DNA from: Anaerolinea thermophila UNI-1
GTDB taxonomy: Bacteria; Chloroflexota; Anaerolineae; Anaerolineales; Anaerolineaceae
DNA: 32,000 bases
Assembly: GCF_000199675.1 (NCBI RefSeq)
Contig: NC_014960.1
Coordinates: forward strand, 435,157 to 467,156
Reading direction: 5' to 3'
Positions within the stretch are counted from its first letter, which is position 1. Every line of letters begins with the position of its first letter. Shown piece after piece: positions 18,635-26,204 of this stretch. The position numbers and the translations under genes were made by a program. The notes beneath the pieces were generated by a model, which ran no database searches, was not told where the DNA came from, and saw only the letters and a program-made list of their open reading frames with translations.

Positions 18635-19036
18635 ATGCAAAAACTCTTAATTCGTCTGGGGATTAATGCGGTGGCACTGTACACCGCCATTTACCTGTTA
18701 AGCGGGCGGGGAATCACCCATCAGTTTGAAAACTGGTGGGAAATTCTCTGGCTGGCGCTGATTTTTGGTTTGGTCAATGCCCTGGTGCGCCCTGTGGTGA
18801 TCGCCATGTCCTGCCCTTTGCTTATACTCACCCTGGGATTGGGTACGCTGTTGATTAACACCCTCATGTTCGTTATAGCAGGCTGGATTGGCACGCAGTT
18901 CGGGGTGGGCTTTGAGGTGGACGGCTTCATGCCCGCTTTCCTGGGAGCGTTGATCGTCTCAGTGGTGAGCGCTTTGCTCAGCCTGTTCTTCCACGACGAG
19001 CCGCGCAAGCACCGCCCGCGCCCTCGGCGAGACTGA
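18635..19036 (+). CDS. DUF360 / phage-holin-4_2 family small membrane protein
   Basis: 133 aa with 3 to 4 TM helices. N-terminus LIRLGINAVALYTAIYLL... and LVNALVRPVVIAMSCPLLILTLGL are typical of this family. Basic C-terminal tail. GGAGGAG SD. Confidence 0.72.
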   Translation: MQKLLIRLGINAVALYTAIYLLSGRGITHQFENWWEILWLALIFGLVNALVRPVVIAMSCPLLILTLGLGTLLINTLMFVIAGWIGTQFGVGFEVDGFMPAFLGALIVSVVSALLSLFFHDEPRKHRPRPRRD

Positions 19037-19060
19037 AGAGGCTCTCCCTCTAGGCAGGGC

Positions 19061-19534
19061 TCAAAGCGCGAGCCGCATTTCGTGCGTGGGATGAAAGCCC
19101 AGCGCGCGGTAGAGCGGCTCGCCCGCTCGGCTGGCGTGTAAATCCACCGAAGAAAAGCCGCGCTGACGGCACCATTCCAGCGCCTGTTCCACCAGACGGC
19201 GGGCATAGCCTTTGCGGCGGTGTTCCGGCAGGGTAAAGACGCTGTGAAGCAGAGGATATTCCATATCCAGCCTGCCGGGTGCAGGCACGCAGGGCAGAAT
19301 GGAAACCGCCGCGCAGGCAACGGGTTGCTGATTTTCCAGCAAAAGCCATGCCGCGGCTTTATCCTGCGCCAGGCGCGTTGCCAGGTACTGCTGGGTGACG
19401 GCGTTCAGCACCAGCATTTCCTGGGGGTTGATTGCCTGCCCTTCCTCTTCCAGCAACTCGATGAACATGCGCACGTGCCAGTCGGCGAGCAGGGGAGCAT
19501 CCTCGTGGGTGGCGGGGCGGATGGTGATCTCCAT
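19061..19534 (-). CDS. GNAT-family N-acetyltransferase
   Basis: 157 aa. Motif A HRRKGYARRLVEQALEWCRQRG. C-terminus LYRALGF. GAGGAAGG SD. Confidence 0.85.
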   Translation of the reverse strand: MEITIRPATHEDAPLLADWHVRMFIELLEEEGQAINPQEMLVLNAVTQQYLATRLAQDKAAAWLLLENQQPVACAAVSILPCVPAPGRLDMEYPLLHSVFTLPEHRRKGYARRLVEQALEWCRQRGFSSVDLHASRAGEPLYRALGFHPTHEMRLAL

Positions 19535-19564
19535 GGCGGTAATCCTTCCTCGGCGAGTGAGATG

Positions 19565-19596
19565 GAAAAAACAGGGCTGTCATTGCGACAGCCCTG
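19565..19596 (-). terminator. Rho-independent terminator after the amino-acid ABC operon
   Basis: CAGGGCTGTC (19572-19581) pairs with GACAGCCCTG (19587-19596) around a 5-nt loop. It is followed on the minus strand by TTTTTT. Confidence 0.85.
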
Positions 19597-19604
19597 AGTG
19601 TATC

Positions 19605-20333
19605 CTACAACACTTTGCTCAGGAAGAGTTTGGTGCGTTCCTGAGTGGGGTTGCTGAAAATGACGCTGGGCGGACCTTCCTCGATGATGACCCCGCCATC
19701 CATGAAGATAACGCGGTCGGCGGCGTTGCGTGAAAAGCCCATCTCGTGGGAGACCACCACCATGGTCATGCCCTCACGCGCCAGCTGGAGCATTACATCC
19801 AGCACTTCCTGAATCATCTCGGGATCCAGCGCGCTGGTGGGTTCGTCAAAGAGCATGATTTTGGGGTTCATTGCCAGGGCGCGGGCAATGGCAACGCGCT
19901 GTTGCTGTCCGCCGGAGAGTTGGGCAGGATAAGCATGGGCTTTTTCGGGAATGCCCACCTTTTCCAGCAAATCCATGGCAATTTTGACGGCTTCGCTGTC
20001 GGAGCGCTTGCGCACGATTTTTTGCGCCAGGGTGATGTTTTCCAGCACGCTCAGGTGCGGAAAGAGGTTGAACTGCTGGAAGACCATGCCTACTTCGGTG
20101 CGCACGGCGTTGATGTTCTCCGCGCTGTCCAGCGGGATGCCATCCACCACGATGCGCCCTTTGTCGAACTCTTCCAGGCGGTTGATACAGCGCAACAGGG
20201 TAGATTTGCCCGAGCCTGAGGGACCGATAATGACCACCACCTCGCCTTTTTGCACGTCCAGGCTGACGCCGCGCAGGGCATGCACTCTGCCAAAATACTT
20301 GTGTACGTTTTCAATGTGGATAATTGGTTCCAT
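19605..20333 (-). CDS. Polar amino-acid ABC transporter ATP-binding protein (PAAT family, GlnQ/HisP-like)
   Basis: 242 aa. Walker [10 protein letters not shown], signature [15 protein letters not shown], Walker [13 protein letters not shown]. Confidence 0.93.
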   Translation of the reverse strand: MEPIIHIENVHKYFGRVHALRGVSLDVQKGEVVVIIGPSGSGKSTLLRCINRLEEFDKGRIVVDGIPLDSAENINAVRTEVGMVFQQFNLFPHLSVLENITLAQKIVRKRSDSEAVKIAMDLLEKVGIPEKAHAYPAQLSGGQQQRVAIARALAMNPKIMLFDEPTSALDPEMIQEVLDVMLQLAREGMTMVVVSHEMGFSRNAADRVIFMDGGVIIEEGPPSVIFSNPTQERTKLFLSKVL

Positions 20334-20335
20334 GG

Positions 20336-21160
20336 TTAGCGCTCCTTGCTCATGCGGGCTTCAATCATGGCGACCACCCGCGCGCTCAGCAGGGTCATGA
20401 TCAGGTACATCAGCCCAATCATCAGGTAGATATGCAGGGGCAGGGGGGTGATCGCCTGAAATTCGCGCCCGCGGCGGGTCAGGTCGGCAACTGCCACGGC
20501 ACTGACCAGCGAGGAATCTTTCAGCAGGGTGATGAACTCATTGCCCACCGGCGGCAGGATGACGCGGATGGCTTGCGGCAGGATGATGTAGCGCATTGCC
20601 TGGAAGTAGGTCATTCCCAGACTGCGCGCCGCTTCCATTTGCCCTTTGGGGATGCTCTGGATGCCCGCACGGTACACTTCGGTCATGTAAGCACCGTAGC
20701 ACAGTGTCAGCCCGGCGATTGCCATGACATATGGGTTGGCAACGAAGTTCTTCATGCTTTCAACGTTCCACTGTGTGCCCAGATCGCGCACGATGGAAGG
20801 GAAGGCGTAGTACCAGAAGTACAACTGCACCAGCAGGGGGATGCCGCGCACGACTTCCACATACAGCGTAGCCAGCCCGCGCAGAGGGGCGATGTGGGTT
20901 AGCCGTCCCAGCGCACCGATGATGCCCACGACCAGCACCAGCCCGAAGGTCACCAGCGTCACCATGACGGTGACCCGCAGACCATCCAGCACGAAGCGGA
21001 AGATGCGGTCGAAGGGGTTGCCCACCACCAGCACGAGGATGGCAAGCAGTGCCGAAGCCGCCAGGACTAACAGCCAGCCCGCATCCCAGCGGAAGACGTT
21101 TTCGTTCCCGCGAATGGTGGGAAGATGGGGATCAACTTCAGCAGGGGTTGAGGTACTCAT
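20336..21160 (-). CDS. Polar amino-acid ABC transporter permease (His/Glu/Gln/Arg/opine family)
   Basis: 274 aa. Conserved [35 protein letters not shown] loop. The stop lies 2 nt before the ATPase start. Confidence 0.9.
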   Translation of the reverse strand: MSTSTPAEVDPHLPTIRGNENVFRWDAGWLLVLAASALLAILVLVVGNPFDRIFRFVLDGLRVTVMVTLVTFGLVLVVGIIGALGRLTHIAPLRGLATLYVEVVRGIPLLVQLYFWYYAFPSIVRDLGTQWNVESMKNFVANPYVMAIAGLTLCYGAYMTEVYRAGIQSIPKGQMEAARSLGMTYFQAMRYIILPQAIRVILPPVGNEFITLLKDSSLVSAVAVADLTRRGREFQAITPLPLHIYLMIGLMYLIMTLLSARVVAMIEARMSKER

Positions 21161-21207
21161 GAGATTTCAGATGGCTCCAGGTGGGGAAAATCTTGATTTT
21201 ATTATAA

Positions 21208-21235
21208 CAAAAGGTCGGTGTTGCCCGACCTTTTG
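21208..21235 (-). promoter_or_regulatory. Intra-operon terminator-like hairpin between the binding-protein and permease genes
   Basis: CAAAAGGTCGG (21208-21218) pairs with CCGACCTTTTG (21225-21235) around a 6-nt loop. On the minus strand the stem runs into TTTTGTTATAATAAAAT. Confidence 0.6.
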
Positions 21236-21256
21236 TGAAGTCTATCGTTGTGGGGC

Positions 21257-22012
21257 TTACTTTCCCGCCAGCCACTTCTCTTCCAGTTTCTTGATGGTTC
21301 CATCCTCTTTAAGGGCTTTGATGGCGGCGTTCACTTGCGGGATGAGGTCGGCTTTCTTCTTGCAGAAAGCCACGCCGTAATTCTCATCGGTGAAGACCTC
21401 GCCGACCGTCTTGAGTTTGTCGGGGTTGGTGGCGAGGAATGCGAGGGTGGTGGGGTAATCGGCAATCACGGCGTCAATCTGCCCGTTTGCCAGATCAAGG
21501 AAAGCCTGATCGTACGAGTCATAGGTTTTCACTTCGGCGCCTTCAATCTTCTCGGCTTCAATGGCGCCGGTGGTGCCCAACTGCGCGCCGATTTTCTTGC
21601 CTTTCAGGTCATTCTTCCCGCTGATGTCGGTGGTTTCTTTGCGCACGGTGACAATCTGACCGGCGTTGATGTACGGGTCAGAGAAGTCCATCGAGGCTTT
21701 GCGTTCCTCGGTGATGGTAATGGCGGCAATGGCCATGTCGTACTGGCACTCGGCGATGCCCGCCAGCATGGGGTCGAAGCCAACGTTAATCCACTCCACC
21801 TCAAAACCGGCTTTTTGGGCGATGGCGTTCATCAATTCCACGTCAAAACCGGTGAGTTGTTTCGTGTTTTCATCTACCATTTCGAAGGGCGGGAATGTGG
21901 CATCGGTGGCAACACGCACTTTGGTTTTTTCGCTCGGCTGGGCGGGGGTGCAAGCCGAAAACACCAGCGCCATAATGAGCATCGCCCAAAGGATCACAGA
22001 AAAGCGCTTCAT
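21257..22012 (-). CDS. Polar amino-acid ABC transporter substrate-binding lipoprotein (SBP family 3)
   Basis: Start trimmed from 22189 to the ATG at 22012, which follows GGAAGGAG. Signal peptide MKRFSVILWAMLIMALVFSAC with a lipobox. Family-3 core VATDATFPPFEMVDE...GFDVELMNAIA...DMAIAAITITEERK. Confidence 0.9.
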   Translation of the reverse strand: MKRFSVILWAMLIMALVFSACTPAQPSEKTKVRVATDATFPPFEMVDENTKQLTGFDVELMNAIAQKAGFEVEWINVGFDPMLAGIAECQYDMAIAAITITEERKASMDFSDPYINAGQIVTVRKETTDISGKNDLKGKKIGAQLGTTGAIEAEKIEGAEVKTYDSYDQAFLDLANGQIDAVIADYPTTLAFLATNPDKLKTVGEVFTDENYGVAFCKKKADLIPQVNAAIKALKEDGTIKKLEEKWLAGK

Positions 22013-22126
22013 CTTTTGTCTCCTTCCAATTGGCTGGAAATTCATGCAGGATATGGTAATGATTATAGCAGAGATTCTAAATGGCTCAGTCGCCATGTCA
22101 GCCTTTAGAGGAAAGAAGATAAACCA

Positions 22127-22135
22127 TGTTAGAAT
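22127..22135 (+). promoter_or_regulatory. Extended -10 promoter (TGtTAGAAT) placed for a leaderless proline dehydrogenase mRNA
   Basis: TG at 22127-22128 and TAGAAT at 22130-22135. Only 6 nt (AAAAAC) separate the hexamer from the ATG at 22142. There is no SD. Confidence 0.4.
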
Positions 22136-22141
22136 AAAAAC

Positions 22142-23104
22142 ATGTTCAGAGCGTTCTTTGTGTCTCTCTCCCGAGCCACATGGGCTCAAAAATGGATTAC
22201 CCGTCTACCGGTGGCGCGCCAGGCCGCCGCCCGTTTTGTTGCCGGTGAAACGCAGGCAGAAGCCCTGCAGGCAGTGCGTCAACTCAACCAGCGCGGCATC
22301 CTTGCCACGCTGGATCATCTCGGCGAGTCCACCACCCGCGCCAGCGATGCCCAACAGGCGACCGCGGAGATTCTCTCTCTGCTGGATGCCATTCAGCAGG
22401 CGGGGGTGCAAGCCAATGTTTCCATCAAACTCAGTCAAATTGGGCTGGCGGTAGACCCGGCACTGTGTGAAGCCAACCTGTGGAAAATTTTGGAGAAAGC
22501 CAGAGATCTGGGTAACTTTGTGCGCATTGACATGGAAGATTCCTCTCTCACCCAGCGCACGCTTGACCTCTACCTCAAGGCGCTGGTCAGCGGCTTTGCC
22601 GATCATGTGGGCATTGTCCTGCAAGCCTACCTCTACCGCACCGAAGCCGACCTGACCCGCGTGCTGACGGCAGGCGGACGGGTGCGCCTGTGCAAGGGGG
22701 CGTACAAAGAACCGTCCACGCTGGCGTTTTCCCGCAAAGCAGATGTTAACTTGAATTACGATCAACTGGCACTGCAGATGCTGCGCCATACCCTGCGGCA
22801 TGGCACACCGCAGGTCTCTGCCGATGGACGCACTCCGCCCATTCCGGCGCTGGCAACCCATGACCCTCAGCGCATCCGCTTTGCCCGCCAGGCAGTCGAG
22901 GAACTGTATCTCCCTAAACGGGCGGTAGAATTTCAAATGCTTTATGGCATCCGCCGCGATTTGCAGGAAAGCCTTGCCGCCGAGGGCTTCCCGGTGCGCG
23001 TCTATGTGCCTTATGGCACGCACTGGTACCCGTACTTTATGCGGCGTTTGGGCGAGCGCCCTGCTAACCTGTGGTTTTTCGTGAAGAATTTCTTCCAGCG
23101 CTGA
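22142..23104 (+). CDS. Monofunctional proline dehydrogenase (FAD-dependent, PutA PRODH-domain family)
   Basis: 320 aa. RFVAGETQAEALQAVRQLNQRGILATLDHLGE, IDMEDSS, LQAYLYRTE, VRLCKGAYKEP, FQMLYGI and YVPYG..WYPYFMRRLGERPANL match the PRODH barrel pattern. Confidence 0.88.
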   Translation: MFRAFFVSLSRATWAQKWITRLPVARQAAARFVAGETQAEALQAVRQLNQRGILATLDHLGESTTRASDAQQATAEILSLLDAIQQAGVQANVSIKLSQIGLAVDPALCEANLWKILEKARDLGNFVRIDMEDSSLTQRTLDLYLKALVSGFADHVGIVLQAYLYRTEADLTRVLTAGGRVRLCKGAYKEPSTLAFSRKADVNLNYDQLALQMLRHTLRHGTPQVSADGRTPPIPALATHDPQRIRFARQAVEELYLPKRAVEFQMLYGIRRDLQESLAAEGFPVRVYVPYGTHWYPYFMRRLGERPANLWFFVKNFFQR

Positions 23105-24003
23105 TGGAACCCGCCGAAACATCTACCCTCTCTCAACACGTCCTGCGCATTGCCCGACCCTGGGCGCTGGGCTTTTCCCTGTTGACCTATGCGCTGGGCG
23201 GCGGGGTGGCGCACTACCTAGGGGTGACCATCGAGTGGGGGCGCTTTCTGGGCGGTCAACTGCTGGTGTTCATCCTGCTGTTGTGCGGCTTTTTCCTTTT
23301 TGAAACCTTTGAACTTCCTCTGGAATCTGCCGTTCCTGCCCCGGGAGAAAAGCCGCGCCGGTTGTCCCGAATTCAGGCATTGCGCATCAGCGTGATTTTG
23401 CTCACCGGCGGGGCGGCGCTCACCGCTTTATGGATTGCTCAGGGGGTGCTGAACACAGTGGCGTTTCTGGTGCTGGGTATCAGTGTGCTGGTGATGCTGG
23501 CGCTCAGCGTTCCGCCGTTGCGGCTGGCAAATTCTGCCTACCGTGACCTGCTTTGGGGCATTTTGTTCGTGTACCTCATCCCGGCGTTCGCCTTTGCCCT
23601 GCAAAGCGGCGAACTGCACACCTTGCTGGGGTTTATCACCCTGCCGCTCATCTTCCTTTACCTGGCGTCTTCTCTGGCGCTTTCGCTGGAACATTACGCC
23701 AGCGACCTGAAGCAGGGGCGGCGCAACATGCTCAACCGCCTGGGGTGGGAGCGCGCCGTTGGGGTGCATCATTATCTGGTGCTGGTGGGCTTTTTGCTCT
23801 TCCCGCTGGGCAGTTTGATGGGTATCCCGCGCAGTCTGCTCTTCCCCGGTTTGCTGGGCTTGCCGGTTGGGCTGTTTCAGATCTGGCAGTTGATGCGCAT
23901 TGCCGGCGGCGCGCCGCCGCGCTGGCGCTTGCTGATGATCACCGCCGCGGCAACGCTGGTAGTCACCCTTTACGACTTAAATCTCGCTCTCTGGACGGAT
24001 TGA
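23104..24003 (+). CDS. Polytopic membrane protein, divergent UbiA/MenA-like prenyltransferase fold
   Basis: Start taken at the ATG at 23104, which overlaps the PRODH stop (TGATG). About 8 to 9 TM helices. The segment LSLEHYASDLKQGRRNMLNRLG aligns by eye with the MenA second motif NNLRDIETDARAGKRTLAVRLG. The position of the first Asp-rich motif is occupied by ETFELPLE. Confidence 0.5.
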   Translation: MEPAETSTLSQHVLRIARPWALGFSLLTYALGGGVAHYLGVTIEWGRFLGGQLLVFILLLCGFFLFETFELPLESAVPAPGEKPRRLSRIQALRISVILLTGGAALTALWIAQGVLNTVAFLVLGISVLVMLALSVPPLRLANSAYRDLLWGILFVYLIPAFAFALQSGELHTLLGFITLPLIFLYLASSLALSLEHYASDLKQGRRNMLNRLGWERAVGVHHYLVLVGFLLFPLGSLMGIPRSLLFPGLLGLPVGLFQIWQLMRIAGGAPPRWRLLMITAAATLVVTLYDLNLALWTD

Positions 24004-24006
24004 CCT

Positions 24007-25242
24007 ATGCCTGAATTTCTCGAACTGCTCCCTCCCGCACAAGCCTGGGAGGTTTTCCGGAATGCCTTGCCCTCTGCAGTACTCCCTGCAGAACGTCTTG
24101 CTGTCGTCCAGGCGCGCGGGCGGGTTACTGCCGAGCCGGTGGTCTCGCCGGAAAATCTCCCCGCGTTTTCGCGCTCCACGGTGGATGGCTATGCCGTGCA
24201 GGCGCGCGATACCTTTGGCGCTTCGGAAAGTTTGCCTGCCTATCTGAAACTCATTGGCGAAGTGCCCATGGGCGCGGCGCCTTCTTTTTCCATCCGGCGG
24301 GGAGAGTGCGCGCTCATTCATACCGGCGGAATGCTTCCCGAAGGCGCCGATGCGGTGGTCATGCTGGAGCATACCCAAAGTTCCCGCCCCGATGAAGTCG
24401 AAATTTTACGCGCCGTACCGTCAGGCGAAAACGTCCTGCTTGCTGGTGAAGACGTGCGCATTGGTGAGGTGGTTCTGCCTGCCGGGGTGCGCCTGGAGGA
24501 TGCCCAAATCGGCGGATTGACCGCGCTGGGTATTCTGGAGGTGAATGTTGTTCGCCAGCCACGGGTGGGCATCCTTTCCAGCGGAGATGAAGTCATCCCG
24601 CCGGAGCGCCAGCCTCAACCCGGACAGGTGCGCGATATCAACAGTTATTCGCTGAGCGCGCTGGTGGAACGCCACGGCGGGCTTGCTGTGCGTTACGGCA
24701 TTGTTCCTGACCGTCCCGAAGTCCTGCGGGAAACTCTGCGCCATGCCTTGAGCGAATGTGATGCGGTGGTCATCACGGCGGGGTCTTCGGCTTCCACCCG
24801 GGACTTTACCGCCGCGGTAATTAACGAGATGGGCGCGCCGGGCGTGCTGGTGCATGGCGTCAACGTCAAGCCGGGCAAGCCCACCATTCTTGGCGTGTGT
24901 AACGGTAAACCGGTCATCGGCTTGCCGGGTAATCCGGTGAGCGCGCTGGTGATTGCCCGTTTATTTGTTGTGCCGGTTTTGCGTTCTCTGCTGGGGCTTT
25001 CCGGCGAGGTGTGGCAGTCTGCCGTGCGCGCTGTGCTGACCGTCAACCTGGCATCGCAGGCGGGACGCGAGGATTATTTCCCCGTGCAGTTGATTCGCAA
25101 AGGCGAGACTCTGTTTGCCGAGCCCATTTTCTACAAGAGCAACCTCATCTTCACCCTTGCCCGCGCTGATGGTCTGGTCAAAATTCCCGCCAGCGCCACC
25201 GGTCTTGGGGTGGGGGAAGAGGTGGATGTGCAGTTGTTATGA
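24007..25242 (+). CDS. moeA: Molybdopterin molybdenumtransferase
   Basis: 411 aa. MoeA N-terminal motifs (PAFSRSTVDGYAV, RRGECALIHTGGMLPEGADAVVMLE), a MoCF_biosynth domain (PRVGILSSGDEV...DINSYSL...DAVVITAGSSAS) and LPGNPVSA. Confidence 0.92.
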   Translation: MPEFLELLPPAQAWEVFRNALPSAVLPAERLAVVQARGRVTAEPVVSPENLPAFSRSTVDGYAVQARDTFGASESLPAYLKLIGEVPMGAAPSFSIRRGECALIHTGGMLPEGADAVVMLEHTQSSRPDEVEILRAVPSGENVLLAGEDVRIGEVVLPAGVRLEDAQIGGLTALGILEVNVVRQPRVGILSSGDEVIPPERQPQPGQVRDINSYSLSALVERHGGLAVRYGIVPDRPEVLRETLRHALSECDAVVITAGSSASTRDFTAAVINEMGAPGVLVHGVNVKPGKPTILGVCNGKPVIGLPGNPVSALVIARLFVVPVLRSLLGLSGEVWQSAVRAVLTVNLASQAGREDYFPVQLIRKGETLFAEPIFYKSNLIFTLARADGLVKIPASATGLGVGEEVDVQLL

Positions 25243-25249
25243 GGCGGTT

Positions 25250-26182
25250 ATGAGACGCATTTTGCTGGGCTTGCTGGTCATGGCGCTTGCCGGTGCAGTG
25301 GGGTGCGCCACGACCGGCTACGCCGCGCCACTGGATGAGGCGGGTCAAACCCAGGTGGCACAAAAAGTGGAGACCATGCTTGCCACGGCTAACTCGTTCC
25401 CGGCAAACACGCCTTCGCCCGGCTCTTCGGCAACCCTACCCCCCACGTTCACAGCCTCGCCGACGATGACCCTGACCCCCACGTTGACCCCTTCTCCTAC
25501 CTGGAAAAATGTCTTTGCCGGTGAGGTATACGCGCCGATTTTGCTCTATCACCGCGTGGTGGAGGGGCAGGAAAACAACCGCTACGCCGTTTCTCCGACT
25601 GCTTTCGAGGAACAGATGCGCTTTCTGGCGGAGAACGGCTACACCACCATCACGCCGGCGTATCTGGCGCGGGTGATTCTGGTGGGCGGACAACTGCCCG
25701 AACGTCCGGTGCTGATTACCTTTGACGACGGCTATGCCGATACCTACACCAATGCTTTTCCCATCATGGAGAAGTATGGCTTGAAGGGCGCGCTGTATGT
25801 GGTCACTTCAACCGTAGGGGTAGGGGAATTTATCACCATAGAGCAACTGCGCGACCTGGCGGCGCACGGCTGGGAGATTGGTTCGCACACCGTTCGCCAT
25901 GTGGATCTGGTTAAGAACCCGGATCAGGTGGAGAAGGAACTGGAAGACTCCCGCCAGACCCTGCAGGACTGGCTGGGAATGCCGGTATTGACCATGGCGT
26001 ATCCCTATGGCAAAGCCAATGAGTATGTACAGACCAAAACGCGCCTGGCGGGATTCCGTGCCGGATTGAGGATTGGTATTTTCAACCGCCACACGCCGGA
26101 CTCTCTGTTTGAGTTAAGCCGCCGCGAGGTGCGCGCGGAGTACACACTGGAACAGTTCATCGAGTTACTGAGTGTGCCATAA
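25250..26182 (+). CDS. Polysaccharide deacetylase (CE4 / NodB homology) lipoprotein with a Pro/Thr/Ser-rich linker
   Basis: Start trimmed to the ATG at 25250 (GAGG 5 nt upstream). MRRILLGLLVMALAGAVGC lipobox. PTS-rich linker. CE4 motifs LITFDDGY and GSHTVRH. Confidence 0.85.
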   Translation: MRRILLGLLVMALAGAVGCATTGYAAPLDEAGQTQVAQKVETMLATANSFPANTPSPGSSATLPPTFTASPTMTLTPTLTPSPTWKNVFAGEVYAPILLYHRVVEGQENNRYAVSPTAFEEQMRFLAENGYTTITPAYLARVILVGGQLPERPVLITFDDGYADTYTNAFPIMEKYGLKGALYVVTSTVGVGEFITIEQLRDLAAHGWEIGSHTVRHVDLVKNPDQVEKELEDSRQTLQDWLGMPVLTMAYPYGKANEYVQTKTRLAGFRAGLRIGIFNRHTPDSLFELSRREVRAEYTLEQFIELLSVP

Positions 26183-26204
26183 CCCTGAATGGGGAGGAAA
26201 GACC

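Noticed and set aside
24004-24006. Moco riboswitch in front of the moeA genes
   Set aside because: Both moeA genes sit inside an operon with 3-nt and 22-nt upstream gaps, which leaves no room for a roughly 130-nt riboswitch.
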